Both the position numbers and the translations under genes were made by a program. A DNA stretch of 64,000 bases from Armatimonadota bacterium (lineage in GTDB: Bacteria > Armatimonadota > Fimbriimonadia > Fimbriimonadales > GBS-DC). Positions within the stretch are counted from its first letter, which is position 1, and every line of letters starts with the position of its first letter. The stretch is from NCBI GenBank assembly GCA_037444405.1, contig JBBIML010000007.1:59606-123605 (forward strand). The letters are read 5' to 3'. Below, piece by piece: positions 56,219-64,000 of the stretch. Below the pieces are notes generated by a model. The model searched no databases. It saw only the letters and a program-made list of their open reading frames with translations, and was not told where the DNA came from.

Positions 56219-57370
56219 TTATACGGAATCGCGCTCGAAAAATTCACCCGTCGCGTTGAGGAGCAGGCGGGGCGGTCGCTCGCCTAATCGGGCGACGATT
56301 TCGTGCGGGGTGGTCTGCAGAATCTGCGCCAGTTCCTCCACGCGGATGCGTTCGTTGCCGTCGGCGCCAATCAGGGTCGCCACTTCGCCCGGTTGCACTT
56401 CGGGCAGCTCCGAGACATCGATCATCATCATGTCCATGCAGATGCGACCGATCTGAGGTACACGCCGTCCGTGCAGGATGACCTCGCTCCGCCCGCTGAG
56501 CGCGATGGGGTAGCCGTCGGCATAGCCGACGCCGAGCGTGGCGACGCGCGTGGGGCGCTGGGCGCGGAACCGCCAGCCGTAGCTCACGCCCTGCCCCGCG
56601 GGTATCGTGCGTACCGACAGCACACGCGCCCGCCAGCCCAGCACCGGCTCCAGCCCCAGCTCGGGCGGCGCGCTGATGAGCGGCATGATGCCGTACAGCA
56701 ACAGCCCGCATCGCACCGCATGCAGGCGACTTTCGGGCAGGGTTAATAGTCCCGCGCTGGCAGCTGCATGCAGGGGCACATCGGGAAAGCCCGCCTGCCG
56801 CAGACCCTCCACTGCCGTCAGAAACTGTTGCAGCTGCCCGCGTGTGGCGTCCTCGTCCCGATCGGCGCAGGCGAAGTGGGTGAAGACGCTCCGCCAGCGG
56901 ATGGGATGCTCCACCTGCCAGCGTTGCAGCAGCGCGGGCAGTTCCCCTGGTTGCCAGCCCAGTCGGCTCAATCCCGTGTCGATCTCCAGATGGGCGTCGA
57001 TGGGCGCGCCGGCGCGCTCCGCCTGCATCAGCGCCTGCTGATAGCCTCCTTCGCCCTCCACCACCACCTCCAGCCGATAATGCTGGGCGGCTGACCACTC
57101 CTCGCCGCTGATGGGCGGGCAGAGCGCCATAATCGGTGCGGTGATGCCCGCCTCTCTCAGCTCGACGCCTTCAGCGATGGTGGCAACAATCATGCGCGCG
57201 ATGCCCGCCTGCTGAAGGGCACGCGCAATCGGCACGGCGCCGTGCCCGTAGGCGTTGGTTTTCACCACTGCCCACAGCGCACACCGCTCGCCTATCAGCG
57301 TCTGAACGCGCCGCGCGTTCCGTCGCAGGGCGTTCAGGTCAATCTCGAACCAGTTCGTTGCGTTTATCAT
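56219..57370 (-). CDS. alr: Alanine racemase
   Basis: AVVKTNAYGHG, GYADG and GRICMD. Confidence 0.95.
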   Translation of the reverse strand: MINATNWFEIDLNALRRNARRVQTLIGERCALWAVVKTNAYGHGAVPIARALQQAGIARMIVATIAEGVELREAGITAPIMALCPPISGEEWSAAQHYRLEVVVEGEGGYQQALMQAERAGAPIDAHLEIDTGLSRLGWQPGELPALLQRWQVEHPIRWRSVFTHFACADRDEDATRGQLQQFLTAVEGLRQAGFPDVPLHAAASAGLLTLPESRLHAVRCGLLLYGIMPLISAPPELGLEPVLGWRARVLSVRTIPAGQGVSYGWRFRAQRPTRVATLGVGYADGYPIALSGRSEVILHGRRVPQIGRICMDMMMIDVSELPEVQPGEVATLIGADGNERIRVEELAQILQTTPHEIVARLGERPPRLLLNATGEFFERDSV

Positions 57371-57380
57371 TTTTCTCTCC

Positions 57381-58925
57381 TCACCCGCCGAGCCGCCAGC
57401 GACCAAGCTGCTCCCACACATTGATGACGCGCCGGTCCTGATCGGGTGTTCCACCCAGCCTGCTGGGGGTTGCGACGCGGCTGCGGGGCAGGGCAGCAAG
57501 CGTCGCCAGCCCGACCAGCACCACGTCGGGCACATCGGCAGGTGGGGTCAGCAGTTCGGTGTGCTGGCGCAAAAAGCCCGTGTGCAGTTCGCCCGCCTGA
57601 AACGCGGGATGGCGTAATATCTCGATAAGCAGTTCCAGGTTCGTGCGCACGCCCAGCACGAGAGCCTGCTGGAGCGCGTTCAGCAATCGTTGCCGTGCCT
57701 GCTCCCGATCGGCGCCCCACGCGATAATCTTCGCCAGCATCGGGTCATAGTGGTGCGTGATGACGCTGCCGCGCTCCACGCCCGAATCGATGCGCACGCC
57801 GGGCAGGTTCGGCATCTGCCACACGCTCAGCGTGCCCAGCGAGGGCGCAAACTCGTTCGCGGGGTCTTCCGCATAGAGGCGCGCCTCGATCGCGTGCCCG
57901 CGCCCTTCAATATCGCCCTGATTGAACGGCAGCCGCTCGCCCATCGCTATCCGCAACTGCCAGTGAACCAGGTCCAGCCCCGTCACCATCTCCGTGACGG
58001 GATGCTCCACCTGCAGGCGCGTGTTGACCTCCAGAAAGTAGAATCGGGCGCCGTCGGGCGTCTCTTCAAAGAGAAACTCGACCGTGCCCGCGTTCACATA
58101 GCCCACTGCCTGCGCGATTCGCACGGCGGCGTCGGTGATGGCGGCGCGCGTGGCTGGATCGAGGGCGGGCGACGGGCTTTCCTCGATAATTTTTTGATAG
58201 CGGCGCTGGATGGAGCATTCGCGTTCGAACAGGTGCAACACCTTGCCGTGTTGGTCCGCCAGAATCTGCACTTCGATGTGGCGCGGGCGCGGGAGGTAGC
58301 GTTCGAGCATCAGGCGCGGGTCGCCGAACGCGCCCTGCGCTTCGCGTGCCGCGCTTTCCGCCGCGAGCAAAAACTCCGATTCGTCGTTCACAATGCGCAT
58401 GCCCTTGCCGCCGCCGCCTGCAACCGCTTTCAGCAGCAGCGGGAAGCCGACCGCGCGCGCATGGGTCAGCAGCGCTTCAGGCGTGAGCGGCGCTTGCGGG
58501 ATGAAGCCCGGCACCAGCGGTACGCCTGCGCGCTCCGCCAATCGCTTCGCCTCGCCCTTGTCGCCCAGCAGGCGAATGACCGACGCGGGCGGTCCGATAA
58601 AGGTAATCCCTGCCTGCTCGCACGCCTGCGCAAAATCGGGGTTCTCCGACAGGAAGCCGTAGCCGGGATGAATGGCGTCCGCGCCCGCCTGCTGCGCAAT
58701 CGTCAGAATCTTATCGATGGCGAGGTAGCTTTCGCTAACAGGCGCGTCGCCCAGCAGGTACGCTTCATCCGCTTCCTGCACGAACGGCGCGAACCGGTCT
58801 GCTTCTGAATAGACGGCGACGGTGCGCAGCCCCAGTTCACGGCAGGCGGTGATCACCCGTCGGGCAATCTCGCCCCGATTGGCGATCAACACCTTGCGGA
58901 AGGCTTTTTTAGCGGAACGGGTCAT
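57381..58925 (-). CDS. Biotin carboxylase subunit of an acyl-CoA carboxylase (no biotinyl domain)
   Basis: LIANRGEIA, HPGYGFLSEN, GGGGKGM and EVNTRLQVEHPVTE. Confidence 0.93.
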   Translation of the reverse strand: MTRSAKKAFRKVLIANRGEIARRVITACRELGLRTVAVYSEADRFAPFVQEADEAYLLGDAPVSESYLAIDKILTIAQQAGADAIHPGYGFLSENPDFAQACEQAGITFIGPPASVIRLLGDKGEAKRLAERAGVPLVPGFIPQAPLTPEALLTHARAVGFPLLLKAVAGGGGKGMRIVNDESEFLLAAESAAREAQGAFGDPRLMLERYLPRPRHIEVQILADQHGKVLHLFERECSIQRRYQKIIEESPSPALDPATRAAITDAAVRIAQAVGYVNAGTVEFLFEETPDGARFYFLEVNTRLQVEHPVTEMVTGLDLVHWQLRIAMGERLPFNQGDIEGRGHAIEARLYAEDPANEFAPSLGTLSVWQMPNLPGVRIDSGVERGSVITHHYDPMLAKIIAWGADREQARQRLLNALQQALVLGVRTNLELLIEILRHPAFQAGELHTGFLRQHTELLTPPADVPDVVLVGLATLAALPRSRVATPSRLGGTPDQDRRVINVWEQLGRWRLGG

Positions 58926-60978
58926 CTTCGTCCAGTTCGTCAGACCAGTCGGCGCCGTCGGAGAGGTCGGCGAGCAGGTCGCCTGTGGCGGGCGGCGGCG
59001 GCAGGTCGTCGGGGATGGTGCGCACGGTCGGGCGCTGCGGGATCAGCCGCTCGAATCGGCTCAACACCTCGCCCGCAGGCGGTCGCTCAACCCGCACCCG
59101 ATTGAGCGCGTCCACCACCGCCTGATGGTTCGGCTTGCCATCGATATCGCATGTGCGGGCGATGATGTCGGCGACGGCATTGCGCGTGATAGCAGGGTCC
59201 AGCTCCTGCAGGCTGCGCCAGACCGCATCCTCCAGTGGCAGATCGGGTTCAGGCTGATAGCGCTGCAGTCCGTCCTGACCGCGCATCAGCGCGGGGCGCG
59301 GGAATCGCACAAAGATGGGCTGCGTGAAGTAGGGATGGCGCACCAGCACCTCGCCGGGCGAGAGCGCGCCCATCTTCTCCTTCACCGCAGGGCTGAAAAT
59401 CTGATAGCCGGGCTGCGCCATCTCCTCCATCTCGATGCGCCCGTAGAGTGAGGTGGAGGCGTTGCCGATAATCTGCTTGTCCACCTGCGAGCGGAACTGT
59501 TGCGCCCCGAACAGCACCAGCCCTAAGTAGCGCCCGCGCGCACAGATGTCGCGTAGCGTGCGCATCACATAGGTCTCGCTTGCATTCACTGGCGCATAGC
59601 GATTCAACTCATCCACAATCACGATCACTGTCTCCACGCCGAGCTGCCGCCGCTCCATGCGCTCGCGCAGCTCGGCAATCACGCGCGTGAAGATCAAATC
59701 CTGCGCCTCCGCCGACAGGTTCGCCACATCGATCACATAGAGCGTGCGATCCTGGAACTGACCCCAGGGCAGGTCATACACCACATCGCTTTCGGCGACC
59801 AGCCCCGCGAAGCGCGTGGTCAGATTCACAAGGCGGTTCTGAAGCTTGCGAATGGTCTCCAGCGCGAAGCTGCGCCAGGCGCGCTTGTTCGTGCGTTCCA
59901 TGTAGCATAGCACCTGATCGAACCAGCGCACCAGCTCGGTGAAGTTTGTTACACGCAGTTCGATGGGCAGCTCCATCTCGCGCATAAAGGCGGCTTCCTC
60001 TTCATCGAATCGGAATCGTCCTGGTTCGATGACGCGCTGGCGCAGAAACTGCAGAAAGGCGTCGGCTTTCACATCCACATCGTCGCGATTGAGCAGCACC
60101 TCCACATAGCGCATGACCTCCTGCAAGCCCCAGCAGAGCGGCTTAACCGTGCCGCGCAGACCGGGATTCGTGCGCAAGGTGGCGAGATTCACGCGGTCGG
60201 GCTTGAACGGCGCGTAGTACTCCACGCGCGGGAACGGCTTCGGCTCGACCCCCAGCAGCCGATAAATCTCAAGGTCTTCCTCGCTCAGTTGATGGACGGG
60301 CGACTGATCCACAAAGAGCAGGTCGCCCCCTTTGACATTGAAACAGACCGCTGCGACGGAGCGCTGCACCTTCTGGAAAATCGCCGACACCAGGAACTGA
60401 ATGGCGCTCGTTTTGGCAGCCAGCCCGCTTGTGCCCGTTACATTCAAGTGCCCCGCTTCAGGACCCAGCAGGAAGTCGGCGTCCAGATAGACAGGCGCCT
60501 TGAGATTGCCGCTCTGATAGATGCCGATGGGGATTCGTCGCTCTTCGGGGATGGCGTCGATTCGCAGGGCAATCAGCACATCCTGCTCGGTTGCCAGGTA
60601 GACGGGTCCGATGGGCACGGGCTGGATGGGCTGTTCGGGTTCGTGGCGCAGCACGGCGGCGGTGTAGACGCGGATTTCGGGGCGCGTGGTGGGTGCGATT
60701 GCCTGCGGGTCGCCATCCGCGCCTAAATAGTCGAACATCGGGCTGGCGACATCGTTATAGCCCAGCCCCTCCACCACCACGCCCCACACGGTGCGCTGGG
60801 GCGTATGCACCACCACCAGCGTGCCGATACCAACGGGGCTATCGGGTGTCGCCCAGAAGTGGAACTGGAACGCCGTGTTCGGCTGACGCTCCGTCGCCAC
60901 CACACGCCCGATCAGCTGGCGCTCCTGCCGATAGTGCCCATTGCCCACCTGCTGCCACTCTCCATAGAGGTCGGTCAT
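58909..60978 (-). CDS. HerA-like ATPase (HAS barrel + DUF87/FtsK-HerA)
   Basis: N-terminal IGRVV barrel, HLNVTGTSGLAAKTS Walker A, IVDELN Walker B, and RGRYLG. Confidence 0.82.
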   Translation of the reverse strand: MTDLYGEWQQVGNGHYRQERQLIGRVVATERQPNTAFQFHFWATPDSPVGIGTLVVVHTPQRTVWGVVVEGLGYNDVASPMFDYLGADGDPQAIAPTTRPEIRVYTAAVLRHEPEQPIQPVPIGPVYLATEQDVLIALRIDAIPEERRIPIGIYQSGNLKAPVYLDADFLLGPEAGHLNVTGTSGLAAKTSAIQFLVSAIFQKVQRSVAAVCFNVKGGDLLFVDQSPVHQLSEEDLEIYRLLGVEPKPFPRVEYYAPFKPDRVNLATLRTNPGLRGTVKPLCWGLQEVMRYVEVLLNRDDVDVKADAFLQFLRQRVIEPGRFRFDEEEAAFMREMELPIELRVTNFTELVRWFDQVLCYMERTNKRAWRSFALETIRKLQNRLVNLTTRFAGLVAESDVVYDLPWGQFQDRTLYVIDVANLSAEAQDLIFTRVIAELRERMERRQLGVETVIVIVDELNRYAPVNASETYVMRTLRDICARGRYLGLVLFGAQQFRSQVDKQIIGNASTSLYGRIEMEEMAQPGYQIFSPAVKEKMGALSPGEVLVRHPYFTQPIFVRFPRPALMRGQDGLQRYQPEPDLPLEDAVWRSLQELDPAITRNAVADIIARTCDIDGKPNHQAVVDALNRVRVERPPAGEVLSRFERLIPQRPTVRTIPDDLPPPPATGDLLADLSDGADWSDELDEDDPFR

Positions 60979-61128
60979 CAACTTACCCCCTGTATGTGCC
61001 ACCTATTATACCTGATGAACCCCCCAAATCGCAAGGGAAGCTGGAAAGTTTGTAGCCTACCTCTGAGGGATTGAAACAAAAGATCATATCCATGTACGCC
61101 TTAAACGGTGTGAATAAGGAGGATGCAA

Positions 61129-61656
61129 ATGGCACAGATTGTGCGTGTGGAAGTGATTACCTATCGGGACAAGCAAACCCAGCAATACCTCGGCTTAGAC
61201 CAGCTGGGACGCACACCGACACTTCCTGAGCGTTTCCCCATCCGCCATATCGACACGGAAGTCTACCCCAACGCCCTGATAGGAGCTATCACGCTGCACA
61301 GCCGTCGCCCTGAGCGTGTCCAGATAGAAACCCTCTGGGAGTACGGGCTGATGCCCGAGCGCACGATGAGCAGTCTTGCCAAAGTGATCAAACGCCTGCA
61401 GACCACCCACTGGGAGATTATCCCAGAATGGCGTACGATAGAGATCCCTCTGAGCGTCTCATCTGGAAAGTCGGTAAAATCTGCTCTGTCGCACGGTAAG
61501 GGCGTGGTTGCCACGCCCGTACACTATGCCTTATACACTATGCTTTATGGATGCAGTGTCCGGCGGCGTCGTGGAAGGCTTCCATCAGCGATTCCACCAG
61601 TGTCGGGTGCGGATGGATGGTGTCCACCAGCTCATCGAGGGTCGCCTCCAGCTTGA
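61129..61656 (+). CDS. Hypothetical protein; 3' end overlaps lpdA
   Basis: AAGGAGG RBS; no recognisable motif; C-terminal part may be read-through. Confidence 0.5.
   Translation: MAQIVRVEVITYRDKQTQQYLGLDQLGRTPTLPERFPIRHIDTEVYPNALIGAITLHSRRPERVQIETLWEYGLMPERTMSSLAKVIKRLQTTHWEIIPEWRTIEIPLSVSSGKSVKSALSHGKGVVATPVHYALYTMLYGCSVRRRRGRLPSAIPPVSGADGWCPPAHRGSPPA
61496..61522. repeat. GTAG-type REP variant
   Basis: GTAAGGGCGTGG-TTG-CCACGCCCGTAC, same architecture as the copies at 31988 and 43342. Confidence 0.6.
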
Positions 61657-62956
61657 TGGCAAGCACCGCCTCCTGCAGCAGGTCGCTCCCATGCTCGCAG
61701 CAGAGATGCACACCGAGTATCTGCCCGTATCGAGCGTCGGCGACCACCTTCACCAGCCCTTCACGGATGCCCGCCGCCATTGCACGTCCCAAGATTCGCG
61801 GCGGGAACCTGCCGATTCGCACCTCGTAGCCCTGCTCGCGCGCCTGCTGTTCGGTCAGCCCGACGCCCGCCACCTCCGGCACGGTGTAGACCACATTCGG
61901 GATGGCGCGATGGTCCATTCGTCGCTCCGCCCCGAAGCAGTTCTCCGCCGCCACAATCCCCTGCATGCTGGCGACATGCGCCAGTGGCGCAATCCCCGTC
62001 AGGTCGCCAATCGCGTAGATGTTCGGGATGTTCGTGCGCATGTATTCATCGACGGCGACCCAGCGCTTGTTCATCTGGATGCCGACGGTTTCCAGCCCGA
62101 TGCCCTCCACATTCGGCTTGCGTCCGACGCCGATCAGCACCACCTGCACCTCGATGCTCTGCTCGCCTTTGGGCGTTTCCACATGGCAGAGCCAGCGGTC
62201 GCCCTTGCGCTCCGCCGATTTGAGCGTACTGTTCAGGATGAACTGGATGCCCTGACGACTCAGCGCGCGCTCGGCTTCTTTAGCAACCTCTTCGTCGAAG
62301 GTGGGCAGTATCTGGGGCATAATCTCCACGACGGTGACTTTCGAGCCGAGCGCGTTGAACACATAGGCGAACTCCACGCCGACCGCGCCCGCGCCCAGAA
62401 TCAGCATGCTGTCGGGCACGAAGGGTGCGTTCACGGCGTCATCGCTCGTCCACACATTCTCGCCTTCCAGCCCCGGAATGTTGAGCTTCATCACGCTGGA
62501 GCCAGTGGCGAGGATGATATTTTTCGCGCGCAGGGTCTGACGGCTGCCATCGGCGCGGGTAATCTCCAGCGTGTTCGCGTCCAGCAGTTTGCCTGTGCCC
62601 TCTATCGATTGCACGCCGTTCTTTTTGAAAAGCGTGGCGATGCCGTTGCGCAGGGTCTGCACGATTTTGTCTTTGCGCGCCTGCATCTGGGCGAAGTCGT
62701 AGCGAATGGTGCCCTCAATCTGGATGCCCATCTCGCTGGCGTGCAGCACATGCTGGTAGCGTTCGGCGTGCGCGATCATCGCCTTGCTGGGGATACAGCC
62801 CCAGTTAAGGCATGTGCCGCCGAGAAACTCGCGCTCGATGCAGGCGACTGCGCCGCCGCGCTCTTTCGCTATCTGTGCTGCGCGGATCGCCGCCACATAG
62901 CCGCCCGGACCCGCGCCCAGAACCGCCACATCCACATCGTAGGTTTGCGTTGCCAT
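61538..62956 (-). CDS. lpdA: Dihydrolipoamide dehydrogenase
   Basis: GAGPGGY, GGTCLNWGCIPSK and HPHPTLVE. Confidence 0.96.
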   Translation of the reverse strand: MATQTYDVDVAVLGAGPGGYVAAIRAAQIAKERGGAVACIEREFLGGTCLNWGCIPSKAMIAHAERYQHVLHASEMGIQIEGTIRYDFAQMQARKDKIVQTLRNGIATLFKKNGVQSIEGTGKLLDANTLEITRADGSRQTLRAKNIILATGSSVMKLNIPGLEGENVWTSDDAVNAPFVPDSMLILGAGAVGVEFAYVFNALGSKVTVVEIMPQILPTFDEEVAKEAERALSRQGIQFILNSTLKSAERKGDRWLCHVETPKGEQSIEVQVVLIGVGRKPNVEGIGLETVGIQMNKRWVAVDEYMRTNIPNIYAIGDLTGIAPLAHVASMQGIVAAENCFGAERRMDHRAIPNVVYTVPEVAGVGLTEQQAREQGYEVRIGRFPPRILGRAMAAGIREGLVKVVADARYGQILGVHLCCEHGSDLLQEAVLAIKLEATLDELVDTIHPHPTLVESLMEAFHDAAGHCIHKA

Positions 62957-63060
62957 CAGTGTCCTCCGTCCTGCCTGTGTTAGCCTGTCGGGAATTGTAC
63001 CCGATAGGGCGCCCATCAGGTAAACTTCTGACGCTGCCGATAATAGGAAAGGGCTGAACG

Positions 63061-64000
63061 ATGCGAATCGCGATTGCTGGTGCGGGCTATGTGGGGCTGG
63101 TTACGGGCGCGGTGTTCGCCGACCTGGGGAACGAGGTCATCTGCGTCGATGTGGACGCCCGCAAGGTGGAACTGATCCGCAAAGGTATACCGCCTATCTA
63201 CGAGCCGGGTCTGGAGGAGCTGCTCCAGCGCAATCTGGAAGAGGAGCGGCTCACGGCGACCACCGATCTGGAATCGGCGGTGCGCGAGTCGGAGATTATC
63301 TTTATCACGGTGGGCACGCCGCCCCGCGAAGACGGCGAACCCGACCTGTGCCATGTGATCGAGGTGGCGCAGACCATCGGGCGTGCCCTCAACGGCTACA
63401 AGATTATCGTGAACAAGTCCACCGTGCCCGTCGGTACTGGCGACCTGGTGCGCCGCATGATTGAAGCTTATCGCGTGGAGCCGCACGAGTTCGATGTGGT
63501 CTCCAATCCCGAATTTTTGCGCGAAGGCTCCGCCGTCCACGACACGCTCTACCCCGACCGTATCGTGATTGGCGCGGACAACCCGCGCGCGGCGATGAAG
63601 ATTGTGGAGCTGTACGCGCCGCTGGAGCGCCCGATGCTTATCACCAATCTGGCGACCGCCGAGATTATCAAATACGCCTCCAACACCTTCCTCGCGCTCA
63701 AAATCTCCTTTATTAATGCGATTGCCGATCTGTGCGAGCGTACGGGCGCGGATGTGGTGCAGGTGGCGAAGGCGATGGGCGCCGATTCGCGGATCGGGCA
63801 CGCCTTTTTGCAGGCGGGGCTGGGCTTCGGCGGCTCCTGCTTCCCCAAAGATGTGCAGGCGTTCGCCCACACCATGAAGCGCTACGGGCTGGACGCCACC
63901 CTGTTCGAGACCGTACTGACCATCAACGAGCAGCGCCCGGTGCAGTTCGTGGCGCGGATACGCGAGCGACTGGGCACACTGCAGGGGCGCGTGATCGGAC
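63061..64000 (+). CDS. ugd: UDP-glucose 6-dehydrogenase (3' truncated; missing from ORF track)
   Basis: Manual translation MRIAIAGAGYVGL..PIYEPGL..KSTVPVG..SNPEFLREG..GFGGSCFPKD. Confidence 0.95.
   Translation, partial: MRIAIAGAGYVGLVTGAVFADLGNEVICVDVDARKVELIRKGIPPIYEPGLEELLQRNLEEERLTATTDLESAVRESEIIFITVGTPPREDGEPDLCHVIEVAQTIGRALNGYKIIVNKSTVPVGTGDLVRRMIEAYRVEPHEFDVVSNPEFLREGSAVHDTLYPDRIVIGADNPRAAMKIVELYAPLERPMLITNLATAEIIKYASNTFLALKISFINAIADLCERTGADVVQVAKAMGADSRIGHAFLQAGLGFGGSCFPKDVQAFAHTMKRYGLDATLFETVLTINEQRPVQFVARIRERLGTLQGRVIG

Noticed and set aside
58909..61656. HerA plus neighbouring ORF as an anti-phage system (Sir2-HerA-like)
   Set aside because: The genes are divergent, the neighbour has no nuclease or Sir2 motif, and the HerA looks like the housekeeping repair type.
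63016..63870. 284-aa minus-strand ORF
   Set aside because: Antisense shadow of ugd, which is clearly encoded on the plus strand.

Overview
High-GC bacterial chromosomal window, probably Armatimonadota. This is an inference from the DUF1559/H-X9-DG protein, the diderm envelope genes and the Firmicute-like rpsU-pgpH-ybeY-dgkA synteny; a 16S search would confirm it. The first 5.2 kb is a minus-strand rRNA operon (tandem promoters, 16S, tRNA-Ile, tRNA-Ala, 3'-truncated 23S). The 23S carries a complete group I intron at E. coli-equivalent L1931. It encodes a single-motif LAGLIDADG endonuclease that overlaps the ribozyme core and appears to end in A rather than the near-universal omega-G. A second group I intron appears to begin at L2262 at the window edge, and helix 78 of the L1 stalk is reduced to a eukaryote-like mini-hairpin. 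The remainder is mostly housekeeping and envelope genes (htrA-like, thiE, rpsU, iscA, ABC exporter, gltX, argF, fliQR, trpF, frameshifted prfB, trxA, speE, rpsF-ssb-rpsR, polX, alr, herA-like, lpdA, ugd). Accessory features include a catalytically dead HtrA-like partner, a tandem degenerate Fic/Doc protein, and an AT-rich islet (sigma factor + Cys-rich secreted protein + secreted partner) bordered by a MITE-like element. There is also a candidate anti-SD sRNA, several REP-like palindrome families (one copy in frame inside a gene), and many GGTATAAT-type -10 boxes that suggest leaderless genes. Rickettsia/Coxiella/E. coli/yeast comparisons are from memory, not from searches.
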